Shown: one piece after another, positions 1 to 9,855 of the stretch
Layout of the letters: the number at the start of each line of letters is the position of its first letter
Numbering within the stretch: position 1 is the stretch's first letter
Notes under the pieces: model-generated
Told to the model about the DNA's origin: nothing
The model's database searches: none
The model's input: the letters and a program-made list of their open reading frames with translations, nothing else
Program-made: the position numbers and the translations under genes
From: Myxococcota bacterium
Lineage (GTDB): Bacteria; Myxococcota; UBA4151
Assembly (NCBI GenBank): GCA_040260805.1
Contig: JBDQPD010000003.1
Location: 1 to 64,000 of the forward strand
Direction of reading: 5' to 3'
DNA length: 64,000 bases

Positions 1-294
1 AATTTTAACGCTGTAACGGTACCGTCTTGGGGCCCGTTTGGGTTGAGGGATCTCGTTGATACGGTCTGTTAAACTTAGGGTCTTTGCCTGCAGTCGAGCG
101 AGCAATTTAAACCCTGCTCTGGGGACCACCAAATCAAAAGCGGCCTGAAGGGGAACTCGCTCAACTCGAGTTCCGCTGCTCATTCCGGCCGGAAGGACCA
201 AGTGCTGAACCTCAGAATAACGACTCATATCCCGACGCTGCGCCGAAGCTGGCACGGCGAGGAAGATCAAGGTCGTTAAAACAAGGGCACGCAT
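1..294 (-). CDS. Secreted/exported hypothetical protein (5' part only; runs off the window)
   Basis: Manual translation from ATG at 294: MRALVLTTLIFLAVPASAQRRDMSRYSEVQHLVLPAG..., open to position 1. Sec signal peptide with ASA cleavage motif. Absent from the ORF track because it has no stop in the window. Confidence 0.75.
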   Translation of the reverse strand, partial: MRALVLTTLIFLAVPASAQRRDMSRYSEVQHLVLPAGMSSGTRVERVPLQAAFDLVVPRAGFKLLARLQAKTLSLTDRINEIPQPKRAPRRYRYSVKI

Positions 295-306
295 GCACGC
301 TCGAAG

Positions 307-323
307 TGCAAATCGCGGACCAA
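307..323 (-). promoter_or_regulatory. Putative sigma-54 (-24/-12) promoter
   Basis: Minus strand TTGGTCCGCGATTTGCA has exact GG-N10-GC spacing and resembles YTGGCACG-N4-TTGCW. It lies between the bEBP stop and the ATG at 294. Confidence 0.6.
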
Positions 324-338
324 CTTTCGATCCCGAAC

Positions 339-1820
339 CTAGGATTCGCCGCGTTTGCGCAACTTCTCAACTAAGGTGGTTCGGTTCAAACCCAGCAAGC
401 GAGCGGCCTGATTTCGATTCCCATCGGTGCGCTCAAGCGCTTGATCGATGTAATCGGACTCAATCTGAGACAGCAGCTGGCGCAGCTCGATACCGTCTTG
501 TGGCAGCACGCGAGCGCTCGGCTCGGTCGCTAAAGATTCGGCGATAAGCGGAGCTTGAGGTGCTGGGTCAATGGCTTGCGATGACGTCAAAGGCTCAGCC
601 TTTAAATCAAGCCCTAGATCCGAAGGAACATGGCTCGACTGGACGAGCCCTTGAGCGGCGATAATCACTAGTCGATACACCGTATTTTCAAGCTGACGGA
701 CATTTCCTGGCCAATCATGAGCGCATAGAGCGGCCATAACCGAAGCTGAGAAGCCCGTGACCGAGCGTCGAAACTGAGCGTTAGCAGCCTCAAGAAAGTG
801 CAGCACCAACGCGGTGATGTCCTCTCGCCGCTCACGCAGCGGCGGCAGCGAGATCGGGAAGACGTACAAACGGTGGTAAAGATCTTCTCGAAAACAGCCG
901 TCATGGACCATCTGTTGCAAGTGCACATTGGTCGCAGCGACCACGCGAAAGTCAGCGCTTTCCTCTTTATCTGACCCGACAGGTGTGAACTTCTTTTCTT
1001 GAAGAACACGTAGCAGTTTTGCCTGCAAATCCAGGGGCATCTCGCCAATTTCATCTAAGAAAATTGTCCCTCGATGAGCCTTCTTAAATCGACCGTCTCG
1101 ATCTTTTACCGCGCTGGTAAAAGCGCCTTTGACGTGACCAAAGAGTTCGGACTCTAAAAGGTTTGCCGGGATCGCTGCGCAGTTGACCGCAACGAAAGCT
1201 TGGCCGCTACGAGGACTGACCGCGTGCACCGCTTTGGCGACCAACTCTTTACCGGTCCCTGATTCACCGAGCAGCAACACCTCGGCGCGCGTATCAGCGA
1301 CCTGATTGACCAGACGCAGCACCTCTTTCCAGGCAGCCGCTTCGCCGATGATCGCATCTTGTTCCCAAGGGCGACTCTGCAGCGCTTGGATCTCGGGCTG
1401 AACGGGCTCTTCACGCATCGATGTCAGCAACTCAGCGCGCTCATCCGCCGCTTCCCCGCGACGCGGTACACCAAGTAAACCCTCGGCCATTGAGGTCAGA
1501 TCTGATAACTCAAAGGGCTTCTCAATAATCCGAGCACGCGGATACTCAAGGATCTTTAAGCTGGTCGGCTCATCAAAGAACCCCGAGGCGACAATGACCG
1601 CTGATTCGCTAGCCTTCGCTGCCTCAAACAACGTTAAACCAGAGCCATCTCGAAGCTCGAGGCTCGTCACCACCAGATCATATGCTTGGTTCGAAATACA
1701 ACGCTGAGCACTCTTCAAGCTCGCGACTTGAGAGATATGCGCCTTGCGCAGAGGCCGCATCGCTCGATCCATCTTCGAGAGAGTGCGGCGGTCGCTATCG
1801 ACAATCAGGATTTGCACCAA
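339..1820 (-). CDS. Sigma-54-dependent enhancer-binding protein (atypical REC - AAA+ - Fis HTH), NtrC/FleQ-like
   Basis: Walker A GESGTGKE, ESELFGH, GAFTSA loop, Walker B FLDEIGE, WPGNVRQL, C-terminal GNRNQAARLLGLNRTTLVEKL HTH. The N-terminal REC has Ser at the phospho-Asp position (DLVVTSL). Confidence 0.93.
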   Translation of the reverse strand: MVQILIVDSDRRTLSKMDRAMRPLRKAHISQVASLKSAQRCISNQAYDLVVTSLELRDGSGLTLFEAAKASESAVIVASGFFDEPTSLKILEYPRARIIEKPFELSDLTSMAEGLLGVPRRGEAADERAELLTSMREEPVQPEIQALQSRPWEQDAIIGEAAAWKEVLRLVNQVADTRAEVLLLGESGTGKELVAKAVHAVSPRSGQAFVAVNCAAIPANLLESELFGHVKGAFTSAVKDRDGRFKKAHRGTIFLDEIGEMPLDLQAKLLRVLQEKKFTPVGSDKEESADFRVVAATNVHLQQMVHDGCFREDLYHRLYVFPISLPPLRERREDITALVLHFLEAANAQFRRSVTGFSASVMAALCAHDWPGNVRQLENTVYRLVIIAAQGLVQSSHVPSDLGLDLKAEPLTSSQAIDPAPQAPLIAESLATEPSARVLPQDGIELRQLLSQIESDYIDQALERTDGNRNQAARLLGLNRTTLVEKLRKRGES

Positions 1821-1844
1821 CCCCTCCGGCGCTGGAATTGGTCT

Positions 1845-1858
1845 GTCAAAATTATGTC
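1845..1858. promoter_or_regulatory. Imperfect GTCA-N6-TGAC palindrome overlapping a putative extended -10 of the bEBP gene
   Basis: GTCAAAATTATGTC on +. The minus strand reads TGaCATAAT (extended -10-like) about 30 nt upstream of the start codon. Confidence 0.35.
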
Positions 1859-1931
1859 ACCCCGACAAGCGCTCTCGAAACAAAGCACTCATCACCATCA
1901 AAACACGGCGAATTTACGATAAAGCTTTAAC

Positions 1932-3209
1932 TCAGCAGGCTGCGACCCAGCGATTACGACCTGTTTTCTTGGCGCTGTACAAAGCCTGATCGGCTCGCTC
2001 AATCGCCGCTCCTGGTGTCTCTTTGGGTTGCAGCTCTGCCAAACCCAAGCTGGTCGTCACCGAGATGGTTTTCCCCTCAAAGACGATCGGTCGACGAGCG
2101 ATCGCCTGTCGGACTCGCTCTGCGACTCGCTGACCCAAGATCAACGAACAACCAGGCAGGACCAGGATAAACTCTTCTCCGCCGTAGCGAGCGGCAAAAT
2201 CAGAGCCGCGCATCTCAGCGCGCAAGCGAGCGGCAACCTCGGTCAAGACCGCATCACCACCGCGATGGCCATAGTTATCGTTGCACCGTTTGAAGTGATC
2301 AATATCGAGCATAACCACCGTCAAAGGCTCGCCTAGCTGATGCGCTTTCTGCGACGCATCGGCGAGCATAGCGTCCAGAGCGCGGCGGTTGGGAAGCCCA
2401 GTCAATTGATCGTTACGAGCTTCTTGCTCACGCTCTTTGAGCTCTTGCTCAAGGCCCGCTATTCGAGTTTGCGCTTTAGCCATCTCTGCGTGGGCAGTGT
2501 TGATGCGCTGTTTCATCTCACCCATTCGAGTGGTGAGCGTGCCCGCTCGATTCAGAAGCTTCTCACGCACTTCCGACGAGAGCTCCTCAGCCTCACTGAC
2601 CTCTTGAATCACCTCATTCACACCCTCAAGGTCGCGGCCCAATTGATCGCCTCCGCCTTGCAGTTCTGCGATCTGGCGAACCAAACCTTCTAGGCTGAGC
2701 ACCAACTGCTTGCGATCAGCCAGAGTGCTTTTGAGTCGATCTTTGATCGCCTCGCCAACCTCTCGAAGTTGACGCCCTAGCGCCTGATCGGCTGTCTCAC
2801 CCTCTTTAGGCGCCGCCACCGACGGGAACACCAAGTTCCGGTCAGCATGAGCAGCGGTGCGTAAAGCATCCACGGCGGCGTCGAGCAAAAGCTTGGTGCG
2901 CTGCTTGGGCAGCTCCGCATCCTGAGGCGGCTGAGATGAGAATTGACCGTTCTCATAGTCACCTTTGAGTTGCTCTAGAAACGCCATCGCCGCTTCGACG
3001 CTGACCAGGCCCGAGGCTTGATTTGTGCGCAGTTCAAGCGCAGCTCGGGCCGCGCTATCTGGCGATGTGCCATTGGCCGCAATTCGCAGCGACATCACCA
3101 CGAGGTGGTGCAGTACTTCTGGAAGATGCCGCTCACTCACTGTGGATACCACCTCGACACAACTCGGTCCTGCTCGCTCTTGCATGCATGCGCCCGTGAA
3201 CGGCGTCAA
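1932..3209 (-). CDS. Cytoplasmic coiled-coil diguanylate cyclase (GGDEF domain)
   Basis: DQLTGLPNRR, DIDHFK..ND.YGH..GD, RxxD I-site (RGSD) before RYGGEEF, ADQALY.AK..GRN. Preceded by a heptad-rich coiled coil. The start may be ATG 3185. Confidence 0.93.
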   Translation of the reverse strand: MTPFTGACMQERAGPSCVEVVSTVSERHLPEVLHHLVVMSLRIAANGTSPDSAARAALELRTNQASGLVSVEAAMAFLEQLKGDYENGQFSSQPPQDAELPKQRTKLLLDAAVDALRTAAHADRNLVFPSVAAPKEGETADQALGRQLREVGEAIKDRLKSTLADRKQLVLSLEGLVRQIAELQGGGDQLGRDLEGVNEVIQEVSEAEELSSEVREKLLNRAGTLTTRMGEMKQRINTAHAEMAKAQTRIAGLEQELKEREQEARNDQLTGLPNRRALDAMLADASQKAHQLGEPLTVVMLDIDHFKRCNDNYGHRGGDAVLTEVAARLRAEMRGSDFAARYGGEEFILVLPGCSLILGQRVAERVRQAIARRPIVFEGKTISVTTSLGLAELQPKETPGAAIERADQALYSAKKTGRNRWVAAC

Positions 3210-3281
3210 GCCGGCCCCTTGCAGCGCGCTGGAACCATCGCTTGGAGCGTGCTAGCCGAACCCACCTTCGGCGAGACAAAA

Positions 3282-5297
3282 ATGCAACTCAATCCCCAAC
3301 AGCAAGCGGCTGTCGAGCAGATTGAAGGACCCGTTTTGGTCCTCGCAGGTGCCGGCTCAGGCAAGACCAGGGTGATCACCGAGCGCATTCGCTACATGCT
3401 GCGCTCTGGGGTCAACGCTCAATCGATCCTCGCGTTGACCTTTACCAACAAAGCAGCCGCTGAGATGCGCGAACGACTCGGACAAGCCTCAGAAGGCATG
3501 AGCCTAGGCACTTTTCATGGGCTTGGGCTGCGGTTGGTCCGCGAATTCCACGATGAGCTAGGCCTTCCAGGCCAGATCAGCATCCTCGATCAAAGCGAAC
3601 AAAACTCTGTGCTCAGACGCGTCTGCTCACGCGTCCGAACGCATCTGGGCCGACAGATTGACCTGGTCGCAAGCTTCTTATCCTCAGCTCGAAATGAAGG
3701 TCTCGACTCGGAGTCACTAAAGGACAGCGACAACGATGATCATTATGCGCTGGGTCTTTTGATGGAGCGCTACAACGAAGAAAAGCGGATCTTAGGCGCT
3801 GTCGATTTTGACGACCTGATCGATCTACCGCTCAAGCTCTTAAATGATCACCCTCAGGTTCTTGCTCAGCTTCGCAAGCGCTGGCGCTATGCACTCGTTG
3901 ATGAGTACCAAGATACCAACACGATGCAGTTTCAGTTTCTTAGCAAGCTGATGGGTCCGAGTGGAAACCTATGTGTGGTGGGTGATGATGATCAAAGCAT
4001 TTACGGGTGGCGAGGGGCAGACCAGCGCAACATCTTAGATTTTGAGCGCCAGTTCCCCAGCTGTACAGCCATTTACTTGACCGCAAACTACCGCTGCAAA
4101 AGTCCTATTCTTGATGCCGCAAACCAGCTCATTGCGTGCAACCGCCACCGCAAAGAAAAGATTCTAACCGCCGCTCGTGGAGAGGGCTCACCCGTTCGGC
4201 TGCAGGTCTTTGCAGACAACGAACTCGAGGCGGAGGTGGTGGTGCGTGATATGGCTCGCTTGGCACGCGCCGGCATCCACCTCGATGAAATGGCAATTCT
4301 CATCAGACGAAGCGCCCAGGCTCCACTGTTTGAAGCAGAGCTTGGCCGGCGCGAGCTGAACTTTCGCCTGATCGGCGGAAAGAGAACGGCCGATAAGAAA
4401 GCCGCCAGAGACCTATTTGCCTACATGCAAGTCATCGCCTCTGATCGCAACGAGGTGGCTTTTCGGCGGGCGATCAGCACACCGAGCCGAGGGATCGGCG
4501 CGGCCACGATTGAGAGCCTAAGGACGCTGGCCGCCAGCCAGGGCAAAGGCATCGCTGCGGTCTCAAGCAGCGAGGTCGAGTCGATGCGCGCTCCTGCGCG
4601 TCAAGCGCTCGACAACTTCCAGGCTGATATCCTCGCTGCGCGGCGCGAACTCAAAGCGGGTACAAGCCCCAAAAAGGTGCTTAGAAGTGTCTTGGACTCA
4701 AGCAACTACGATGATCGAGTCCGAGAAGAGATCAGCAACGAAAAGGCGCTCCTGCGCCACCTAGCTGACCTTGAGCGCACCCTCGACCTCGTGGAGCGCA
4801 GCTGGTCAAACGCTTCACTTGGTAATTCGCCAAGAGCCAAACTCAACGCGTTCGTTAATCGAATGACGCTAGCCAGCGCCCAAGATGAAAGCGCCGATAA
4901 AAAGGGTCGGATCACCCTGAGTACGATCCACGGGGTCAAAGGTTTAGAGTTTGACCGCGTTTGGGTCGCGGGCATCGAAGAGGGCTCACTGCCGACCCAG
5001 CGAAGTATTGACTCGGACGACTTGGGAGAGATCGAGGAGGAGCGCCGCCTTTTGTATGTCGCGATCACCAGGGCTAGAGACCATTTGGTCCTGACCCGAA
5101 GCGAAGAAGCGGTACGCGGCGAGCGGCGTGCGATGCGAATCCCGTCTCGCTTTCTTCATGACCTTGAAGGTTGCGGCATCGTGCAAGAGGACATTGAAGA
5201 GCTGCCCCAGCGCGATTCAACCGAACTCAAACAAGACCATGCAGCACTTCTTGAGCGACTTGCGAAGCTCGGAATCTCGGTTCCAGGGTCGTCATGA
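3282..5297 (+). CDS. UvrD/Rep/PcrA family SF1 DNA helicase
   Basis: LNPQQ, AGAGSGKT, TFTNKAA, DEYQDTN, VGDDDQSIYGWRGA, NYR, TIHGVKGLEF, EERRLLYVAITRA. Start taken as ATG 3282 (MQLNPQQ). Confidence 0.93.
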   Translation: MQLNPQQQAAVEQIEGPVLVLAGAGSGKTRVITERIRYMLRSGVNAQSILALTFTNKAAAEMRERLGQASEGMSLGTFHGLGLRLVREFHDELGLPGQISILDQSEQNSVLRRVCSRVRTHLGRQIDLVASFLSSARNEGLDSESLKDSDNDDHYALGLLMERYNEEKRILGAVDFDDLIDLPLKLLNDHPQVLAQLRKRWRYALVDEYQDTNTMQFQFLSKLMGPSGNLCVVGDDDQSIYGWRGADQRNILDFERQFPSCTAIYLTANYRCKSPILDAANQLIACNRHRKEKILTAARGEGSPVRLQVFADNELEAEVVVRDMARLARAGIHLDEMAILIRRSAQAPLFEAELGRRELNFRLIGGKRTADKKAARDLFAYMQVIASDRNEVAFRRAISTPSRGIGAATIESLRTLAASQGKGIAAVSSSEVESMRAPARQALDNFQADILAARRELKAGTSPKKVLRSVLDSSNYDDRVREEISNEKALLRHLADLERTLDLVERSWSNASLGNSPRAKLNAFVNRMTLASAQDESADKKGRITLSTIHGVKGLEFDRVWVAGIEEGSLPTQRSIDSDDLGEIEEERRLLYVAITRARDHLVLTRSEEAVRGERRAMRIPSRFLHDLEGCGIVQEDIEELPQRDSTELKQDHAALLERLAKLGISVPGSS

Positions 5298-8200
5298 GCA
5301 CTCGAGACTATGGCATACCGAACTGTGCCTGGGCCGCACGCAGTCTGGAGCTTCTTGATCAGCCGGGTCCGCATCTGATCGTAACCCCCAGCGATTCAGA
5401 CCTCGAGCGATTAGCGACCGATCTTAGTGAGCTCGCACCCCATCGGCAGATCTTGAGCTATCAAGACGATGAGCAAAGCCCCTATTCGCCGTTGACGCCG
5501 GACCCCCGTCATACCTGGTCTCGGCTGGGCTTACTCGCTCGGCTAAGCGTCGGTGAACCGGTCGATATCGTGGTCGCTTCAGCGGCTGCTATCGGTCGAT
5601 ATGCCCCGGATCTAGCGACCATTAATGCGACCTCTTTGCTGTTGATGACCGGTGAAGACCTCGAACGCGATCAGCTGCTTAATCATCTTGAGGGTGCTGG
5701 TTATCATCGAACCCCTCTGGTCGAGGACCCAGGCACGGTCTCACTGCGCGGTTCAGTGGTTGACCTGTGGCCTCCGGGTGAGGCTCAGCCTGTCCGCGCT
5801 GATTTCTTTGGCGACAGCATTGAGACCTTGCGGTTGTTTGATCCGATGACCCAACGCCAAGGACGAACGCTGGACCTGTTGGTGGTCCCTCCAGCGCGAG
5901 CGTTTTCTGTCGGTGCATCGATTGCCGAAAAACAACGACAGGCTTTATTAGCGCTGAGTGATCAGCTTGAGCTTCCTTCCGAAAACTTTCTCCGCTGCTG
6001 GCAACGTATCGAAGCAGGAATTCGTTATCCGGGCATCGAGGGTTTAGAGCCTTTATTGCGCGCTGGAAGCACGTGTCTGCTTGAGCTGTTACCCCAATCC
6101 ACTCGCATCGTCTTATGTGGCCCACGAGCCATCGAGAACGCCTGGATTGAAACCGATCTAGCGCTCAGTCAGGGCTTTGCAGACCGCAAAGAACAAGAGC
6201 TTGTTGCGCCACCAGAGCAGCACCGGCTGGATCATAGTGGTTTATTAAAAGTGCTCGCGAAGCGCTCGGTCATCGAACTCGATAGCGCCTCAGGGCCCGA
6301 TGAGGAGCGCAGCCGCTTTGATGATCTCGATGAATTGCGTCGCGACCTCACGCTAGCTAGCCGAAGAGCCCTCACTGATGACGGCGATCTGCTTGAGCCC
6401 TTAGTGACTCAAATCAAGCGATGGCGCGCACAACACATGACCCTTGTTGCGCTGAGTGAGCATGAAACCAGACGCCAGCGCTTAGCGAAACAGTTGACCG
6501 AGCGAGGCTTGATCGTGCGTCAGCTTGACCAAAGCGCGACCTGGCGACCTAACGATGAACTCAAAACACTGCGCGACCCGAAGGTCTCGGTGTACATTGG
6601 CGACGCGGCGCTTCGGCGCGGCTACGTCGACCGACAGCGCCTCTTGGTCCTCATTCCTGAAACCTTGGTCAACGGTCGAAGGCGCAACCTTCGAGCGCAA
6701 CGTCCCAACCAATTCAATACCACCCTAGCCGAACTCAAAATTGGAAAGGCTGTCGTTCATCTGGATTTTGGAATCGGCCTTTATCAAGGGATCGAGCGGC
6801 GCAGCATCGATGGGATCGATCACGACTTTATCCGAGTGGACTTTCGAGACCAGGACAAAGTCTTTGTTCCGGTTGCGCGTATTGGTGTGCTGCGTCCTTA
6901 CGATGGAGGCGGTGAGCCCAAACTCGATAAGGTCGGCGGAAGCTCATGGACCAAGCGCTGCGCTCGAGTGCGTAAAGGGCTCCTGCAGATCGCTCATCGC
7001 CTCGTCGAAACGCAAGCTAAACGTGACGCCTTTGAGGTCAAACCGCTCAACGACGCTGGGGAGCTCGCTCGCAATTTTGAGTCTTTATTCCCCTTTCAAC
7101 CGACTCCTGATCAAGAAGCCGCATTTGATGCGATTGCGCATGACCTCGCACAATCCCAACCCATGGATCGCTTGGTCTGCGGCGATGTGGGTTTTGGTAA
7201 GACCGAGGTCGCGATGCGCGCCGCTTTTACTGCGGTTGCAGCGGGTCAACAGGTCGCTATTTTAGTACCCACCACGGTTCTTTGTCAGCAGCACTTGCGG
7301 AGCTTTCGCGACCGCTTTGAGGCGATGGGGGCTCAGGTCGCGGGCTTGAGTCGTTTGAACACCACTCAAGAGACCCAGGCCGTTCTGGATGGCTTAGGCA
7401 AAGGCTCTGTCGATGTGGTTGTTGGAACGCATAAACTCCTAAGCCGGCAGGTTCGCTTTAAGGCGCTGAGCTTACTGGTCGTCGATGAAGAGCAACGCTT
7501 TGGGGTGGGTCACAAAGAGCGGATCAAAGAATTGTGTCAGGGCGTTAATGTTCTGACCATGACCGCCACGCCGATCCCACGCACCATGCAACTCGCCATG
7601 CTCGGGGTTCGAAAACTGAGCACCATCAGCACGCCTCCGGCGGCACGACGAGCAGTTCGCACTACCGTATGTCGATACGAAGAGCAGATGGTTCGGGAGG
7701 TTATTCTTCGTGAGTTTGAGCGCGGTGGACAGGTCTTCTTTTTGCACAATAAAGTGCAGGATCTCGAGGCTGTATCTGCTCACCTAGGGCAGCTCATTCC
7801 CGAAGCCAAGATCGGTATTGCGCACGGTCAGATGAGCGCTGACCAAGCCGATGGAGCGATGATCCGCTTTATCCGCGGCGAGACCAATCTCTTGGTGTGT
7901 ACGACCATCATTGAGTCTGGCTTAGACATCCCCAACGCCAACACCATCTTAGTCCACCGTGCGGACCGCTTCGGTCTCGCTCAGCTGCACCAGATCCGAG
8001 GACGGGTTGGGCGGCGGCGTGAGCGCGGTTATTGTTATTTGCTGCTGCGCCATGATGAAGACCACCTCAGCGTCGACGCACAAAGACGCCTAGAGGCGCT
8101 CCGACGGTTCACCGAGCTCGGCGCGGGCATCCGCATCGCGCGAGAGGATCTGGACCTCCGCGGCGCAGGAAACCTGATCGGATCAGATCAATCAGGCCAT

Positions 8201-8773
8201 ATTGAAGCGGTGGGTATCGACCTGTACTCGGAGCTCTTACGCGAGGCCATCGCTCGAGTTAAAGGCGGGCAGATCAACACGCTCGCCAACGTGGAGATTA
8301 AACCCGGTCGCCCGGCTCTGGTGCCACGGGAGTTCATGCCCGACGCCGCGGAGCGGATCAGTCTTTACGATCGACTTGCGCGCGCCGATGAAGACTGGAT
8401 TATTCAGCAGCTCGAAGAAGAGCTTGAGGATCGCTACGGTCAACTCCCCGAAGAGGTTGAGGCTCTTTTCTTGTGCGCTCGAACACGCTGGCGCGCAGGA
8501 GCGGCTGGGGCGAGTGAGATACAGTCTCAATTCAGCGGTCAAGGCGAGCACCGGCGTCTAATTTTAGCGGCGACCTTCGACGCACAAGGGAGCGGCTTGG
8601 AGCCCTCAGCGCTCGTTGGATGGGTCGCTCAGCGCCCCAAACAAGCCCGGTTGACTGCGAGCGGTCGCCTGATCTGGGAGCCGACCAAGAAGCTCATCGA
8701 GCAATGTGAAGACGACCCAGCTCGAGCGGCTCTGCACTTCGCAAGCGAGCTGCGAGCTTTGGTCCCGAGCTAA
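5294..8773 (+). CDS. mfd: Transcription-repair coupling factor
   Basis: UvrB-like N-terminus, RID (VVHLDFGIG), GDVGFGKTEVA, DEEQRFGV, TATPIPRT, QIRGRVGR, DLDLRGAGNLIG..QSGHI, TRCF C-terminus. ATGA overlap with the helicase. Confidence 0.96.
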   Translation: MSTRDYGIPNCAWAARSLELLDQPGPHLIVTPSDSDLERLATDLSELAPHRQILSYQDDEQSPYSPLTPDPRHTWSRLGLLARLSVGEPVDIVVASAAAIGRYAPDLATINATSLLLMTGEDLERDQLLNHLEGAGYHRTPLVEDPGTVSLRGSVVDLWPPGEAQPVRADFFGDSIETLRLFDPMTQRQGRTLDLLVVPPARAFSVGASIAEKQRQALLALSDQLELPSENFLRCWQRIEAGIRYPGIEGLEPLLRAGSTCLLELLPQSTRIVLCGPRAIENAWIETDLALSQGFADRKEQELVAPPEQHRLDHSGLLKVLAKRSVIELDSASGPDEERSRFDDLDELRRDLTLASRRALTDDGDLLEPLVTQIKRWRAQHMTLVALSEHETRRQRLAKQLTERGLIVRQLDQSATWRPNDELKTLRDPKVSVYIGDAALRRGYVDRQRLLVLIPETLVNGRRRNLRAQRPNQFNTTLAELKIGKAVVHLDFGIGLYQGIERRSIDGIDHDFIRVDFRDQDKVFVPVARIGVLRPYDGGGEPKLDKVGGSSWTKRCARVRKGLLQIAHRLVETQAKRDAFEVKPLNDAGELARNFESLFPFQPTPDQEAAFDAIAHDLAQSQPMDRLVCGDVGFGKTEVAMRAAFTAVAAGQQVAILVPTTVLCQQHLRSFRDRFEAMGAQVAGLSRLNTTQETQAVLDGLGKGSVDVVVGTHKLLSRQVRFKALSLLVVDEEQRFGVGHKERIKELCQGVNVLTMTATPIPRTMQLAMLGVRKLSTISTPPAARRAVRTTVCRYEEQMVREVILREFERGGQVFFLHNKVQDLEAVSAHLGQLIPEAKIGIAHGQMSADQADGAMIRFIRGETNLLVCTTIIESGLDIPNANTILVHRADRFGLAQLHQIRGRVGRRRERGYCYLLLRHDEDHLSVDAQRRLEALRRFTELGAGIRIAREDLDLRGAGNLIGSDQSGHIEAVGIDLYSELLREAIARVKGGQINTLANVEIKPGRPALVPREFMPDAAERISLYDRLARADEDWIIQQLEEELEDRYGQLPEEVEALFLCARTRWRAGAAGASEIQSQFSGQGEHRRLILAATFDAQGSGLEPSALVGWVAQRPKQARLTASGRLIWEPTKKLIEQCEDDPARAALHFASELRALVPS

Positions 8774-9852
8774 TCGAGCAAGTCCGCAATGCTCTGCCAA
8801 AAACTCTTCTCACCCGCCGGCTCGTCGCCCACGGTTTGAGCATATCGATCCAACGCTTCACGCTGCTCAGTCGTCAGCTTTTTCGGAACCTGTATACGAA
8901 CCTTGACGATCTGATGACCGCGACGGTCGCCCTCGCCGACGCCCTTGCCGCGCAGGCGAAAGTCGGTCCCATTTTGCGTCCCCGCTGGAACATTCATTCG
9001 CAGCATCGCTCCATCGACCGTCGGCACATCAACCGAACCGCCAAGCGCTGCGGTGGTGAAGTGAATAGGAACCTCGCAATGTAGGTTTTTGTCACGCAAC
9101 TCAAAGAAGCTGTGTGGCTCAACGTGGATCTCAACAAGCAAATGACCAGGCGCTGCTTGACCTCGGGCGTAATGACCGCCTTCTCGAACCCTCAAGCGCG
9201 ATCCATCAGTAATCCCAGCAGGGACCCTTAACGTCACCTCATGGCGCGCTTCTCGGAGGCCTTTTCCGCGACAGGTCAGGCATGGGTCGTTGAGCTCGAC
9301 ACCCTCGCCAGAACACCTAGGACAAGTCTGCGGAAAGGCGAAGAAACCACGCTGCGCAGCCACTTGACCGCTGCCGCCACACTGAGCACAAACCCGAGCT
9401 CTTTGTCCGTTTTTGGTCCCGTGACCCGAGCACGGGATGCACGGGCTAAGCCTCTTATAATGGACCGTCTTTTCTACCCCTCGAGCCATCTCGATAAAGC
9501 TGATACGAGCTCGGATACGCAGGCTTAAATCAGGCGCTGCGTCCGCGCCACGCGCGCCGCGACCGAACATATCAAAGAGGTCTGAAAATATCTCTGAGCC
9601 GCCAGGGAATCCGCCACCAAACCCAGCAGCTCCCTCCCCGGTGTGACCAAACTGATCATAACGAGCTCTTCGCTCCGCATCACCAACGACCGAATAAGCG
9701 GCTGCAATTTCCTTGAACCGCTCTTCAGCGCTGGGGTCGTCAGGGTTTTGGTCCGGATGATACCGAGCGGCTAGCTTTCGATAGGTTTTTTTAATGGTTT
9801 TGGCGTCCGCGTCACGGGGGACACCAAGGACCTCATAGGGGTCCCGATCCAT
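8770..9852 (-). CDS. dnaJ: Chaperone DnaJ (class A)
   Basis: J-domain with HPD, G/F region, four CxxCxGxG repeats, C-terminal domain. Follows dnaK. Confidence 0.96.
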   Translation of the reverse strand: MDRDPYEVLGVPRDADAKTIKKTYRKLAARYHPDQNPDDPSAEERFKEIAAAYSVVGDAERRARYDQFGHTGEGAAGFGGGFPGGSEIFSDLFDMFGRGARGADAAPDLSLRIRARISFIEMARGVEKTVHYKRLSPCIPCSGHGTKNGQRARVCAQCGGSGQVAAQRGFFAFPQTCPRCSGEGVELNDPCLTCRGKGLREARHEVTLRVPAGITDGSRLRVREGGHYARGQAAPGHLLVEIHVEPHSFFELRDKNLHCEVPIHFTTAALGGSVDVPTVDGAMLRMNVPAGTQNGTDFRLRGKGVGEGDRRGHQIVKVRIQVPKKLTTEQREALDRYAQTVGDEPAGEKSFWQSIADLLD

Positions 9853-9855
9853 GGC

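Noticed and set aside
3018..3281. Extended N-termini from the ORF track (helicase from 3018; likewise rsmG 47059, bactofilin 49113, galU 51617)
   Set aside because: The extensions overlap neighbouring genes or parS and precede the conserved family N-termini; downstream ATGs were chosen.
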